Source: Rhynchobatus australiae (taxonomy: Eukaryota). Taken from it: a stretch of DNA of 64,000 nt. How positions within the stretch are numbered: the stretch's first letter is position 1; each line of letters starts with the position of its first letter. The notes beneath the pieces were generated by a model, which saw only the letters and a program-made list of their open reading frames with translations, had not been told where the DNA came from and made no database searches. Positions 24,650 to 37,043 of the stretch are shown here, piece after piece. The DNA lies in NCBI GenBank assembly GCA_034780895.1, contig JAUZTB010000066.1, positions 1,024,127 through 1,088,126 of the forward strand, in the 5' to 3' direction. Both the position numbers and the translations under genes were made by a program.

Positions 24650-27385
24650 AATGCTGACTCACAAAATCAGGAGATCGAATGATCTCTGGACAGAGAAAAC
24701 TGACAAATGAAATAAGTTAATGTTGGCAGTAGTTTCTGGGCCCCTTAACGCTGGCCATTGGACAAAGTATTGATCAAGAAATAAAAGAAAGTTATATCAA
24801 ACATTATGAATATTAGTGGCAACTTTAATCTTCACACAGTTTGGATAAATTAAATTGCCAAAGGTAACCTTGAAGATGAAGTCATGGATGCATTCAAGAC
24901 TGTTTCCTGNNNNNNNNNNGAACAAAATCTTGAGGACCTGACCCAGGTACCAACTATTTCAGATTAGTTCATGTATAATGAAAGAAGTTTAATTAGTAAT
25001 CTTGGTGATCTAGATGAAGGGATCTTCATATGGTAGAATTTCACAAGATGAGAGTGATGAACTTGAGTCTGAAACGAAGGTACTAAACCAAAGGAAAGGC
25101 ACTTATACAGATTTGAGTTCACTGAAGTGATTTGGGAAATTAGGTTATAAGGGCAGTGTAGATAAGCAGATATTTAAATAAATATTTCATAATTGTCAAC
25201 AGAGATTACCACTGAGAAACAAAGACTCAATGGGAAAGGAAGTCATCTGTGGCTATCTTAAGTAATCAAGAATGGTATTAGATGGAAATTAAAGGCTTAA
25301 AGAGTAGCACAAGCCTAACGACTGAGAGGACAAAGGATGGCTAAACATTCTACAAAACAGGGAGGAAACAGAGTAAACTGATGAGGAATGTTACGACAGA
25401 TTGCAAGAGTTTCTACATTTAGAAAGGGGATACAGCAAACGTAACTGCTGGTCTCTTAGAAGTTGAAGCAGGGGAATTAATTATGGGAAATAAGGAAATT
25501 GCGAGACATTACACAAATATTTTGCATCTGTTTTCTTGGTAGATGACAAGTATACCAAAAATAAGCAGAGGCAATGGGGAAAATAGGGGAGAGGAATAGT
25601 CCCCATTACAGAAAAAGTATGAGGTAAATTTACAGCACTAAAGACTGACAAATCGCCTGAACTTGACAGCCTTAAATCTTGGGTTCTGAAGAAAGTGGCC
25701 ACAGAGATAGTTGGTGAATTTGTTATGATCTTCCAAAACTCCTTGATTGTGGTAAGGTTCCAGTAGATTGGAAAATCACAAGTGTAACACCACAATTCCA
25801 AATAGAGTGAGGAAAAGCAGGCAACTATTGGCCAGTTCGTCTAATATTTGTTATCAGCAAAATGGTGGAGGCCAATATTACAGCAGCAATAGGATAATCA
25901 GAAAAACATAATAGAATTAGGCAGAATCAACAGGAATTTATAGAGGGAAATCAGGCTCCCCAAATTCTTTAGAGTTCTTTTAAGGATGTAACTTGCAAGG
26001 TAGTTGAGGGAACCAGTAGGTATGGCACATTTTGATTTCCAAGAGGCATTTGATAAAGAGCCACATACAAGGTTACTGCATAAGGTAAGTGTTGAAGGTG
26101 ATAGATTAGCAGAGGTGGAGGGCAGGTTAACTGGAAGTAAACAGAATCGGGATAAATGGGTTATTTTCAGTTTGGCAAACTGTACCTAGTGGAGTGTTAC
26201 AGGGAATAGTGCTGGGTCTTAGCTATTTACCATTTATACTAATGACTCAGATGATGAGATCACCTTCCCTACTTGATTCCAGCATCTGCAGCCTTGTGTC
26301 TTCACTTATCACCTTCCAGTCTCTAACTCCTCCCTCCCTCCCTCTCCCTCACCTGGCCCCATCTGCGCATCATCCCCCTCCTCACCTGGTTCCACCTATC
26401 ACCTGCCAGTCCCTGTCTCACCCCTCACTCTTACCTCAGTCTACTGCCTATCTCCCCTCCATACTCTGTCCTGATGCAGGGTCTTGACCTGAAATGTCAA
26501 CTATCCCTCCGCCTCCACAGATGCTGCCTGACCTGCTGAGTTCTGGCACAGGTTTATTTTTTGCTCCAGATTACAGCATCTGCAATCTCCCTTGTGTCAT
26601 GTGTATTACATCCAGATTCGCTAATTATACAAAGATATGGGAAAGTAAATTGTGAAGGAGTGCAGAGAGACTCCAAATAGAAATAAACAAGGAAGTAAGT
26701 GGGTAAAATGACGAGATGATACATTATGAAGGGAAATGTGAGAGTTTCTGATGGAGAGAATAGAAAAGCAGATTATTTAAGTGGCATGAAACCAATGGAT
26801 GCTGGTGTTCCAGAAAGATCTGGGTGTCCAGGTACAACAAGTGAATTATCATGTTGCTACAACAAGTAATTAGGAATGTGTTGGCCTTTATTGCAAGGGG
26901 GTGAAGAGCAGGAAAGTGTTGCCACAACTGTAAAAGGCATTGAGACCACTACATACTTTCAATCCCCTTCTTTAAGGACAGATATACCTGCATCAGAGGC
27001 AGTGCAGAGGTGATTCACTGGGATGAAGGTGTTGTGCTCTTAGAAAACATAACAGACCTAAATCTCTGAAGTTTAGTCACATGAGAGGCTGGGCAGGGTG
27101 GCTTTTGTGAGGATGGTTGGGGAATATAAGACTAGGAAGCTGTGCCTTAAGGTAAAGGGCTGCCATTTAAAATGGGAAGGAAGAGACATTTGTTTTCCCA
27201 GAATGCTATGAAGTTTTGGAATTCTCTTTCCTGGAGAGTCATGGAGACTGTCATTAAGTATTGTTCAAGGATGGGATGGAAAGACTAGGAACAGGGACCT
27301 GAGTTATAATACAAACCAAAATGTGGGTCTGAGGCCAAGGTCAGATCAGTCACTATCTTATTGAGTGGAAGAGCAGCTTGAGAAG
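24650..27385 (+). mobile_element. Long decayed CR1-like LINE (EN through RT to 3' end) interrupted by a Penelope-derived insert
   Basis: Degenerate motifs in collinear order: 'GNFNL' (EN), 'LKTDKSPELD', 'HFDFQEAFDKEPHTRLLHK', 'GVLQGIVLG', 'SRFANYTK'. Confidence 0.75.
26270..26600 (+). mobile_element. Penelope-derived insert with terminal repeat and hammerhead-like motif
   Basis: 'cacctggttccacctatcacctgccag...gtcctgatgcagggtcttgacctgaaatgtcaact...cagatgctgcctgacctgctgagtt...ccagattacagcatctgca'. Confidence 0.7.
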
Positions 27386-27389
27386 CCAA

Positions 27390-27850
27390 ACGTCGACTGA
27401 ATTGCAGTGCATCAGCTATAAGGTGAGGTTGGACAAACTTGGATCGCTTTCTCTGGAGCATCAGAGGCTGAGGGCCAATCTGATAGAAGTACATAAAATT
27501 ATGAGAAACATGGATATGGTAGATAGTCTTTTTTCTAGGGTGGAAATGTCAAATATCAGAGGGTATAGTTTTTAAGGCGAGAGGGAGAAAGTTTAAGGAG
27601 ATTTATATGGCAGGTTGTTTTTACACAGAGTGGTAGGTACCTGGAACATGCTGCCAGGGCAGATATGATGGCAACAGATAAGAGACATTTAGACAGTCAA
27701 ATGACTGGGCAGAGAATAGAGGGATACGGACCATGTACAGGGGGATGGGATTAGTTTAGGTTGGCACCATGACTGGCGTAGACAATGTGGGCTGAAGGGC
27801 CCGTTCATGTGCTGTGCTGGTCCATGTTCTACGCTCCTATTTCCTATGTT
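27390..27850 (+). mobile_element. CR1-like LINE 3' end (younger subfamily)
   Basis: 'LQCISYKVRLDKLGSLSLEHQRLRANLIEVHKIM' and tail 'gggctgaagggcccgttcatgtgctgt'. Confidence 0.8.
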
Positions 27851-28490
27851 CTGGTCTGTACTTTATGACAGATAGTCTACACACAGCAGTAATTTCTGTT
27901 CCTCGCTCTGCTCTACCGATATAGCAGGCTCTCAGCACATGCAACCCCATCAAAGACGGACTCATTTTTATACAGTGGTTAAAAGGCAAGCCGTGACACC
28001 AAGTGGAGGAAGTGGAGAGAGCAGACTAGGGCGTGGAGAGACCGACTAGCTTAGAGTTAGAAAAATGCAAGTAGCTGGCTCTGAATTCTGAGATATTTTA
28101 CAATTCTGGGCTTGGCTGATGGTACAAATTGTTGGAGTTTTGTTCCTGTGGTTGGTGACATAAACTGAGATGCTTTGTGATGCACTTCCACCCAGTGCTA
28201 ATCTGGATTTATTTTTGCTGTCCTGAACTCTCACATCACTGGGGAGTGATATTATCAACAATGACCGGGGACTTGAGTTCGTTTTGTTTCTGAAGGCACT
28301 CTCTCACATTCCTAGTAGTTTACTGTGACACGCACTTTAAAGGAGACCCTTAAAAAGAAAACACCAGATGTAACCTGGTGCAACCACTCAGCTAAAGGCA
28401 ACTCATCAATTTACTGCACGCAGTGTTTCTGCCAGACCACACACAGACAATACACAGCTTGGACCAGAGGGTAGTAAAGAATATGTTTAC

Positions 28491-28644
28491 CAATAAGTGG
28501 GACCACGATGATGTACAGCCTAGTATCCAGCAGCTTGACCAGACCTGGGAGGTGATCAATAAATCCATTGGTGTCTGGCACAAGAAAGACAGGTGTTATC
28601 TCAATCTCGATCTGTCTCTTGAAAGTTTGATCTTCTAATAGTGC
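28491..28644 (-). CDS. SMG6: SMG6 coding exon (154 nt, phase 0-1), start of the PIN nuclease domain
   Basis: ctaacag|GCACTATTA to CTTATTG|gtaaac. Translated by hand as ALLEDQTFKRQIEIEITPVFLVPDTNGFIDHLPGLVKLLDTRLYIIVVPLI(V), which contains the PIN first-aspartate motif VPDTN. Not in the ORF track. Confidence 0.95.
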
Positions 28645-29999
28645 CTGTTAGAGAAAGAAAGAAAAATAAGGATCACCTCAGAATAATCTTTCATCTAAAC
28701 ACCAACTATGCTNNNNNNNNNNNNNNNNNNNNNNNNNNNNNNNNNNNNNNNNNNNNNNNNNNNNNNNNNNNNNNNNNNNNNNNNNNNNNNNNNNNNNNNN
28801 NNNNNNNNNNNNATGCTGCAGGATATGTGAGGGGAAGTGTGGCTTGTTTGTGAGGACTAATTAGGGATGTGTAAATGGTCAATGCCAGGGATTAATGTAT
28901 GTATGAAGGATCAGTGCCAGGGATTGTTGACGGCATCAGTTTGGGTAATTATCAGAGGTGTGGACAAGTTTAGTGTCAGGCTGCAGGAGTCTGGCTCCAT
29001 CAACGGGATGAGCGGTTCAGTTCGGTATCTCAAAACAACCAATCAAGCTTTGGCATCCAGCCTCCTGCTCTGTGCCCAGACAAGAATTGCCTCAATCCTG
29101 GATCCAGACCAGGAATACTCAAGTACTCTCTCAATCCTGGATCCTGCATAGCAACACGTGTCCTCTCTCAATCCTGGACCCAGAGCTGGGATCTGGGTGC
29201 CAAAGCAATTTAAAGGCAAAGCAGGTACAGCTTCCTTGTTGGCTGCCCCTCTACAGTCACAGACTGGAGGTGCTCAGCCTAATGACACATCTTCTCCCAG
29301 AAGTGACACTTTCCTTCAAACAATCCCTGCAAAGGAGGCCTGCCAACTCTGTTGTGCATTTGCCCCGACCACTGCTTGCCCCACACACGCATGTTTTACT
29401 CCATTACCCTTGCGTGTCATTTTCAACCAGTGAAGCAGTACTTTTTTCCATTTAGATTGTACCAGAGGTTTTGGTAATAATCTGTGAACAAAGAGCAAAT
29501 GTCCAGAGGCAGAACAGCTGCAGGGATAATCAGTCATCCCTCAGTGCCAGCAACTGCCCAGTCAGCTGAATATTTGGAAAACGTCTGACTGCTGAAGATT
29601 TACCTCATGTAACAAAACAGATATGCTGCACAGCAAATGATATAATCATCACGAGGCCCCACATACACTCCATCACTACTTCCAACTCATCCTCTGGCAT
29701 GGACTCTCTGACTTGGACTATTCTGCATATGTTCATTATTTTGTGACAAGCTGCCTAAATCGCCTCTCACTGATTTGTGTTCACATGTTCCAATGCAATG
29801 GTTCAACCGGAGATGCCACAAATTCAAGCTTCTATTCCCCTTTATAACTATTTATTTGTTGAAGTCCAGGTGTGCACTTGCAAAGACCTTGCTTCTACCT
29901 ATCATAATCTGTGATCACAAATTTCCACCAATGGTGACAATTAACTTCCCAACAATACTGCTGTATCAAAAGTAACAATGTAGATGAATGTCCCATGCA

Positions 30000-30305
30000 C
30001 CTCCCATTTCCCAAGATCAGAGGTGAATAAAACTGGAGGACACAGACCTAGGGGGAGGAGGTAGACAGAATCTGAGGAGGACCTTCTTCACACAGGGAGT
30101 GGTCAATACCTGGAATGCACTGCCTTAGGGAGTGCTGGAAACAGAGTCGCTGACTGCATTCAAGAGATTCCTAGACGAATACTTCACTTGCCTACGGACC
30201 AAGTGCTGGAAAATGGGATTAATAAGGATGGGTGCCCGCTGGTCAGTGTGGACACGGTGGGACAATTGGTCAATTTCCATCATGTATGACTATGACTCCA
30301 TGACA
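30000..30305 (+). mobile_element. CR1-like LINE 3' end
   Basis: 'tacctggaatgcactgcctt...gcattcaagagattcctagac' and tail (tatgac)2. Confidence 0.6.
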
Positions 30306-30649
30306 TTACTGCCTCTGTGAAGCATGACCTTCTGGTTCTGCAAATACATTGGGAACTTACGTAACAAATAAATATTAATCACCTTTTATGATAATTATCT
30401 TTGAATTAGCGTGTTGCTGATGGAAGATGAATGTAACAGAAGAGAGGTGACTTTAACAAGGNNNNNNNNNNNNNNNNNNNNNNNNNNNNNNNNNNNNNNN
30501 NNNNNNNNNNNNNNNNNNNNNNNNNNNNNNNNNNNNNNNNNNNNNNNNNNNNNNNNNNNNNNNNNNNNNNNNNNNNNNNNNNNNNNNNNNNNNNNNNNNN
30601 NNNNNNNNNNNNNNNNNNNNNNNNNNNNNNNNNNNNNNNNNNNNNNNNN

Positions 30650-31030
30650 CCAGGGAGAATCGGTACCTTGGGGACCATACCCCAGGGAGAGTCGGTACCA
30701 CAGGGATCGCACTCCAGGGAGAGTTGGTACCCGGGGATTGTACCCCGGGGACAGTGGGTAACTCAGGGACTGCATCCTGGGAAGAGTCGGTACCTTGGGG
30801 ACTGTACCTGGGGAGAAGTTGGTACCTCGGGGACAGTACCCTGGGGAGAGTTGGTACCTTGGGACTGTACCCCGGGGAGAGTTGGTACCTCAGGGACTGT
30901 ACCCCAGGGAGAGTTGGTACCTCAGGGACTGTACCCCGTGGAGAGTCGGTTCCTTGGGGACCGTACCCCGAGGAGAGTTGGTACCCTAGGGACAGTCGGT
31001 ACCTCGGGGACTGTACCCTGGGGAGAGTCA
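30650..31030. repeat. GC-rich minisatellite, 32-33 bp unit (GGGAGAGTTGGTACCTCAGGGACTGTACCCCA), about 11-12 copies, running into an N gap
   Basis: Direct tandem periodicity is visible in the sequence and gives repetitive spurious ORFs in several frames. Confidence 0.92.
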
Positions 31031-31914
31031 GTATCTTCAGGAAATGGGAATTGCAGGAAAGCAGCAAACTATATTATCATAAAAATGTAACCTTTGGCTG
31101 GCATCTCAGTCAGGGCATTGACACTGCCCAAACATCCTAATAAGAAGCCATCTGTACCATCAAAATAACATCTTCAAGAACAATCAGTGTCTTTAGCTTA
31201 GAGTCATGAATGTAATCTTGTGACTGTGTGCAACCATTAACGTTAGATTAGCATTATTTCTATAATTTAATTTTTGTCATTCATTTTGTGGCAAAATGAC
31301 TGGGTGCTTCCAGTCACTATATTTCTTGGCACTCAGTATCATGGAAGTATTAGGCCATGCTTCAACAGAAAAACCTGACTGTTTAAATGCCAGCAGTCCT
31401 TTAAAATGGCACTTTGCTCTCCATGTGGAAAGCACTGGCTTTGCAGGCTGCTAGCTCACCTTTATTTCATCTTTTATAATTTGAGCTACTGGCAGTCCTG
31501 ATAAGCACCGTGACTCTGCTCCTGTCTGAGCCATGTCCACATTCAACATGTTTGTCTAATCTTTGTGCAACTTGCTGCTTGCTCCCAGGGTAGGTCTTCC
31601 AGAACTGTGTACTCTTTAGAACACCCAATGTAAGAGATTAAATAGCCTAGACTCATTGACAAAGTTGTCACATGCCCAGGATTAGATCATCAGCTCAACC
31701 AGCCAGCTTCACCGTTGCAAGGTTGAGTCAGGTGCAGCTCTGGCTCAGTGTGGTTTCTGAGGAGTTCTATACTGAGAGAGGAAACCTTTCAAATAAGATG
31801 ACGAACTGAAGCTGTGTTCTTAGGCGGACATAAAACAATAAAGAGGAGCAGCAAAGGTCTCTCAGTGACCGAGCCAACATTCACCCCTTAAACAACATCA
31901 CCATAAGCTACGGT

Positions 31915-32175
31915 GACACAAGTGACTACAAATGCTGGAATCTGGAGCAACAAACAAAAGTGATAGGTGTCTCCACAAATTACCTCCCAGCCTCTGCTAT
32001 TTCCACTCTTCCCTCTGCCTATCACCCCTCATCACCTCGATCCACCTATCACCTGCCAGCTCTTGCTCCACCCCTTCCCCTCACCTCTTCATACTGGCTC
32101 TCTCCCCTCTATCTTTAGGTCCAGATGAAGGGTCTTGACCTGAAATGTCAACTGTCCATTTGCCTCCACAGATGT
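31915..32175 (+). mobile_element. Penelope-derived element: short inverted terminus plus terminal repeat with hammerhead-like motif
   Basis: Same family as 26270-26600: 'gtccagatgaagggtcttgacctgaaatgtcaactgtccatttgcctccacagatg'. Confidence 0.7.
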
Positions 32176-33055
32176 GACCATAATCTGTGAATTGGTGATC
32201 TATTTCAGTGNNNNNNNNNNNNNNNNNNNNNNNNNNNNNNNNNNNNNNNNNNNNNNNNNNNNNNNNNNNNNNNNNNNNNNNNNNNNNNNNNNNNNNNNNN
32301 NNNNNNNNNNNNNNNNNNNNNNNNNNNNNNNNNNNNNNNNNNNNNNNNNNNNNNNNNNNNNNNNNNNNNNNNNNNNNNNNNNNNNNNNNNNNNNNNNNNN
32401 NNNNNNNNNNNNNNNNNNNNNNNNNNNNNNNNNNNNNNNNNNNNNNNNNNNNNNNNNNNNNNNNNNNNNNNNNNNNNNNNNNNNNNNNNNNNNNNNNNNN
32501 NNNNNNNNNNNNNNNNNNNNNNNNNNNNNNNNNNNNNNNNNNNNNNNNNNNNNNNNNNNNNNNNNNNNNNNNNNNNNNNNNNNNNNNNNNNNNNNNNNNN
32601 NNNNNNNNNNNNNNNNNNNNNNNNNNNNNNNNNNNNNNNNNNNNNNNNNNNNNNNNNNNNNNNNNNNNNNNNNNNNNNNNNNNNNNNNNNNNNNNNNNNN
32701 NNNNNNNNNNNNNNNNNNNNNNNNNNNNNNNNNNNNNNNNNNNNNNNNNNNNNNNNNNNNNNNNNNNNNNNNNNNNNNNNNNNNNNNNNNNNNNNNNNNN
32801 NNNNNNNNNNNNNNNNNNNNNNNNNNNNNNNNNNNNNNNNNNNNNNNNNNNNNNNNNNNNNNNNNNNNNNNNNNNNNNNNNNNNNNNNNNNNNNNNNNNN
32901 NNNNNNNNNNNNNNNNNNNNNNNNNNNNNNNNNNNNNNNNNNNNNNNNNNNNNNNNNNNNNNNNNNNNNNNNNNNNNNNNNNNNNNNNNNNNNNNNNNNN
33001 NNNNNNNNNNNNNNNNNNNNNNNNNNNNNNNNNNNNNNNNNNNNNNNNNNNNNNN

Positions 33056-33325
33056 CCTATGACCACCTTCTACACTATCCACAACACCTTCAACCTTCGT
33101 GTTATCTGCAAACTTACCCATTCCTCCACTTTCTTATCCAAGTCATTTACAAAAATCATAAAGAATGGGGGCCCCAGAACAGATCCCTGCAGAACACTAC
33201 TAGTCACCAGCCTCCAGGCAGAATACTCTCCATCTACTATGACCCTGTCTTCTGTGTGCAAGCCAATTCCAAATCCATGCAGCCAAATCTCCACGGATCC
33301 AATGCCTCATGACTTTCTGGATGAC
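33056..33325 (-). mobile_element. CR1-like LINE RT fragment
   Basis: 'VTSSVLQGSVLGPPFFMIFVNDLD' and 'KFADNTKV'. Confidence 0.85.
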
Positions 33326-34039
33326 ATTTTTGGGACATTGCAGTTTGCAAATTAATTTGCACAGCTACCTCATTACAACACTAATGGCAAATCACTTTGG
33401 TATTGTCAAAGGAACGCCATTTCAATTCTACTTCCTTGCTCTTTCTCAACTTCCCTCCTAAAGTATTCCTCATCACTTGTCAATTAACTCTACATCGTTG
33501 TCTCTGGGCAACTCAGTGCCTCTCAGTGTTCACAAACCTTTAGTATTGAGGCAGTTGCACTGGATTAACTTCTAACTTTAAAATTATATCCCCAGAATAC
33601 AAAATTGTCCAGTAACACTTAGCCTTAATTTATTTCAATTTTTCACTTCCTGGTTTCTGTGCTAATGTCAAACCAATAATCAGACTTACATCGACAAATA
33701 TTTTGACATTTTATATAAAGGCACAGAGCAGCTAAGTTTCTTTAAGGATGTAGGAAACAGGTGAACTTAGCCTATCCTGGAGAGTTGGTTTAAAATATTA
33801 CCATTGGAAAGACTCGGCCCTCCTAGTTTACGTATGTTTCCCCAGCTCTGCAACTCTCCATGATCTGCACTCTTCCAGTCTCCCTCTTGCTTCACCTTTA
33901 TGTACCTTTAAATCTACTATTTAAAAAAAAAACTTCTCATCACCTGCCTTAATATCTCCTAGCATTGTGTAAATGTAAAAGTTTTGCTGACACTCCTGGA
34001 GACATTTTACTACATTAAAGAAGGCTTTACGTGAGCAGA

Positions 34040-34360
34040 GAAATCTGGGCTGACACTCCAGTGCAGCAATGGGTAACTGTTACTCTGACAGAGGAACTGC
34101 CTCTAAAGCAAGGCTCTGTCTGCTCTTGCAGGTGGATGCAAAAGATTCACGAGTTATTAGTTCAAGGAGGAATAAAGTGGTCACCCCTGTCAACTTTATC
34201 CCCAAAACGATACTAGTAAAAACCGTTCTCGAGTACGTTGCACTTTGTGCCACTGGCCTCCTTTACAACAGTGAATTTACTTCAGAAGCACCTTATTGAC
34301 TGTACATTGCATTGAAACATCATTACAGGTGCATGAAAGGTGATAAGCAAATGCAATTCT
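34040..34360 (+). mobile_element. Degenerate Deu-domain SINE (SacSINE1/AmnSINE1-like)
   Basis: 'gctgacactccagtgcag...caggtggatgcaaaagat' resembles the Deu core, followed by an L2-type tail 'tgaaaggtgataagcaaatgcaa'. Confidence 0.55.
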
Positions 34361-34499
34361 AATTCATAAAAATAGAAGCTGTTGCTATGGACTTAGGACT
34401 TGCCTCTCACGATCCACATTGTCACATCTTGGCTGAAAACTGGTCAATCATGGTCACTCAAGGAAAGCATCAGTGTTCTCAGGAAATTGTTCCTCAATT

Positions 34500-34675
34500 G
34501 GGGTACCTTTAGGGACTGTACCCCAGGGAGAGTCTGTACCTCAGGGGACCGTACCCTGGGGAGAGCGGGTGCCTTCAGGGAATGTATCCCGGGGAGAGCG
34601 GGTGCCTTCAGGGAATGTATCCCGGGGAGAGCGGGTGCCTTCAGGGAATGTATCCCGGGGAGACTATATCCCAGA
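34500..34675. repeat. Minisatellite, 33 bp unit (GAGAGCGGGTGCCTTCAGGGAATGTATCCCGGG), related to the 30650-31030 array
   Basis: Units start at 34561, 34594 and 34627. The first two units (34500-34560) match the 30.7 kb unit type. Confidence 0.9.
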
Positions 34676-35227
34676 AGAGGTGGGGAGAAAACTGAAACAA
34701 AACAAGTGTTCTATCAGAGATTAAAGCGACTGGGTAGAATTGTATTTTATTTACACACACACAGTGGATACATACTGGGGAGCACAGGAAGCTCCCAGCA
34801 GGGATGGAAGTTGCTACTTCAAGTCCAAATGTCACGTCCTACTTTGGGGCAATCTGTCAATTCTCAGCCAGGCCACTAGATGGAGTGCCACGTTGAAGGA
34901 AGGGGGTCCACTGTCAGGACTGGGGGCAGGGGACATCTGGCTAGGATCACTCCGTTTATACTTCCTGCCAGCCTCTTGTGCAGAGAGTCATTGCCGAGAA
35001 GTGCAGCAACGTGCGATCCAGACCTATCACAGCTGGTGCGGAGTAGGGACAGGGCATGAGACAGAGTGAAAACTTTGGATCAAGGGGACAATGTTGGAAA
35101 ACAACTACCTGGAACTTAATTTCATTTTAGGAACTTTGATTATACATTTGTGCCTGAAGAGAATTAGCTGACAACCTGAGCCATCACTCTTCACTATCAA
35201 GAGAGACTAAGTAGCATTCCTTGGTGT

Positions 35228-35555
35228 TTAGGAGGAGGGGTGACCTTGTTAATATACAAGGTCCCAAGGGGACTTGACAGAGTAGATGTTGAGATGATTT
35301 CACTCGTTAAAGAGTCTTGAACAAGGGGACCTAACTACAGAACACGACCAGTCATTTGAAACTGAGGTGTGTAGAAATTTCTTCTCTCAGAGGGTGCTGG
35401 ATCTCTGGAATTCTCTGCCCCAAGGGTGGTGGAGCCCAGATCAACACAAATATTTAAGGTGGAGATGGATAAATATTTGAAAGATTGAAGAATTAGGGTT
35501 ATGGGAACTGGCAGAGAAGAGGACCATGATCATTCTGAATGGTGGGGCAGGCGAG
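35228..35555 (+). mobile_element. CR1-like LINE 3' end
   Basis: 'agaaatttcttctctcagagggtgctggatctctggaattctctgcccc' and tail 'ccatgatcattctgaatggtggggcagg'. Confidence 0.7.
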
Positions 35556-36194
35556 TACACGTGCTTCTCCATGGCAGATGGAGACTCCTACACAGGTGGC
35601 TGGAGTTCCAGGTAACCCTCTTTACCTGAGTGCTCTGTTTTTGGACTGCACTGTGCCCCAGCCCTGTGGCACAGTGAATTCCACTCACAGATTGACACTG
35701 GCACAGGTTCAGGACTGCACTGTTCACACCGGCACCCAACTTATAAAGACTTACAGAATTTTTAAAGGTGTGCAGAGAAATAAAATGCCACACCCTTTGC
35801 CCAATGCTCTTCCTCGCTGTACCAGTAGCACGAGGGCCACGGTCACATGGTCCATGAGATCCCCATACAACACAGGTGATCTCATTGGGCCGGGTGCACA
35901 GCACTACATTGAGCTGTGTCCTTGCATTAGAGAGAGAGCAGCATCAGCCAGCACCTCCCTTCTCCCTCCCAGTAATGCTGCAGAAACTCTTGCTGGAAGA
36001 GAGCTCGTCTTTGCCAGGGGTCTCCTGCATAAGAGGCAACATGGCAGAGCCCACTGCTCAGGTTCCCAGAGGTAGCCCCAGTTACTTGGGCAAGACAACC
36101 GTGTGCTGTCAATAGTGTCCTCATGAAAGCAATAGGAATCAGAAGAAGTTGGCTTGATGCAGAGTTGTACAGGTAAGATCAGAATTTAGTGTAG

Positions 36195-37043
36195 GTGAGG
36201 TGCCAAGAGACAATACCAGTCCAAAATCGAGTCCCAGACCAGCCGTCATTTGTGGCAGGGCTTTCATGCTATAACAGGCTACCAAACAAAGTCAGGCAGC
36301 ATCACTGACAGCCGCGCATTCCTTCCTGATGAGCTTAATGCATTCTCTGCACGTTTTGGACAGGAGGAGAGTGGTTTGTCACCACCCACCCTGAGAGCCT
36401 CCAATGCAACTGAACCCATGGTCACCATTGAGGACATAAGATCAGTCTTCTGGGGAGTGAATCCACAGAAAGCATCTGGCCGAATGGTGTCCCTGGCCAT
36501 GTCCTTAGACCCCGTGCAGATCAGCTGGTGGGGGTATTTGCAGACATTTTTAACCTCTCCCTCCTTCAATCTGAGGTACCCACCTGCTTTAAGAAGACTA
36601 CGGTCATCATGGTACCTAAGAAAAACAAGGTAACGTGCCTTAATGACTACTGACCGGTGGCTCTGACATCCACCAACATGAAGTGCTTCGAGAGGCTGGT
36701 CAGGAGCACACATCAACTCCAGCCTCCCAGACAACCTCGACCCACTGCAATTTACCTACCACCAAAACAGGTTTACAGCGGACGCCATCTCCCTGGCCCT
36801 ACACTTAGCTCTGGAGCATATGGACAGTAAAGACACATATGTTAAGATTATAGTTTATTGACTACAGCTCTGCCTTCAATACTATAATTCCAAGCCAAAC
36901 TCATCACCAAAAACTCCGAGACCTGGGACTCAACACCTCCCTCTGCAACTGGATCCTTGACTTTCTAACCAACAGACTGCAATCAGTGAGGATAGGCAGC
37001 AATACCTCCGGCATGATTATTCTCAACACTGGTGCCCCACAAG
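36195..37043 (+). mobile_element. Rex1/Babar-like LINE RT region with frameshifts, running into a gap
   Basis: 'LWQGFHAIT...LPDELNAF', 'LVGVFADIFNLSL...PTCFKK', '[21 protein letters not shown]', 'DPLQF', '[12 protein letters not shown]', 'LNTGAPQ'. Confidence 0.85.

Noticed and set aside
30453-31140. Repetitive Pro/Gly-rich ORFs, and a superficial resemblance to a CRISPR array (32-33 bp period)
   Set aside because: The units are contiguous tandem repeats with no unique spacers, there are no cas genes, and the context is a vertebrate intron.
32081-33355. Long ORFs of 284-393 aa, and similar ones at 1.1-1.8, 3.4-3.9, 53.4-53.9 and 62.7-63.3 kb
   Set aside because: They are open only because they cross N gaps, and the flanking real sequence is repeat-derived or low-complexity.
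35539-36075. 178 aa plus-strand ORF
   Set aside because: It starts within a CR1 tail and has no recognisable domain or splice context. It is most likely a chance ORF.
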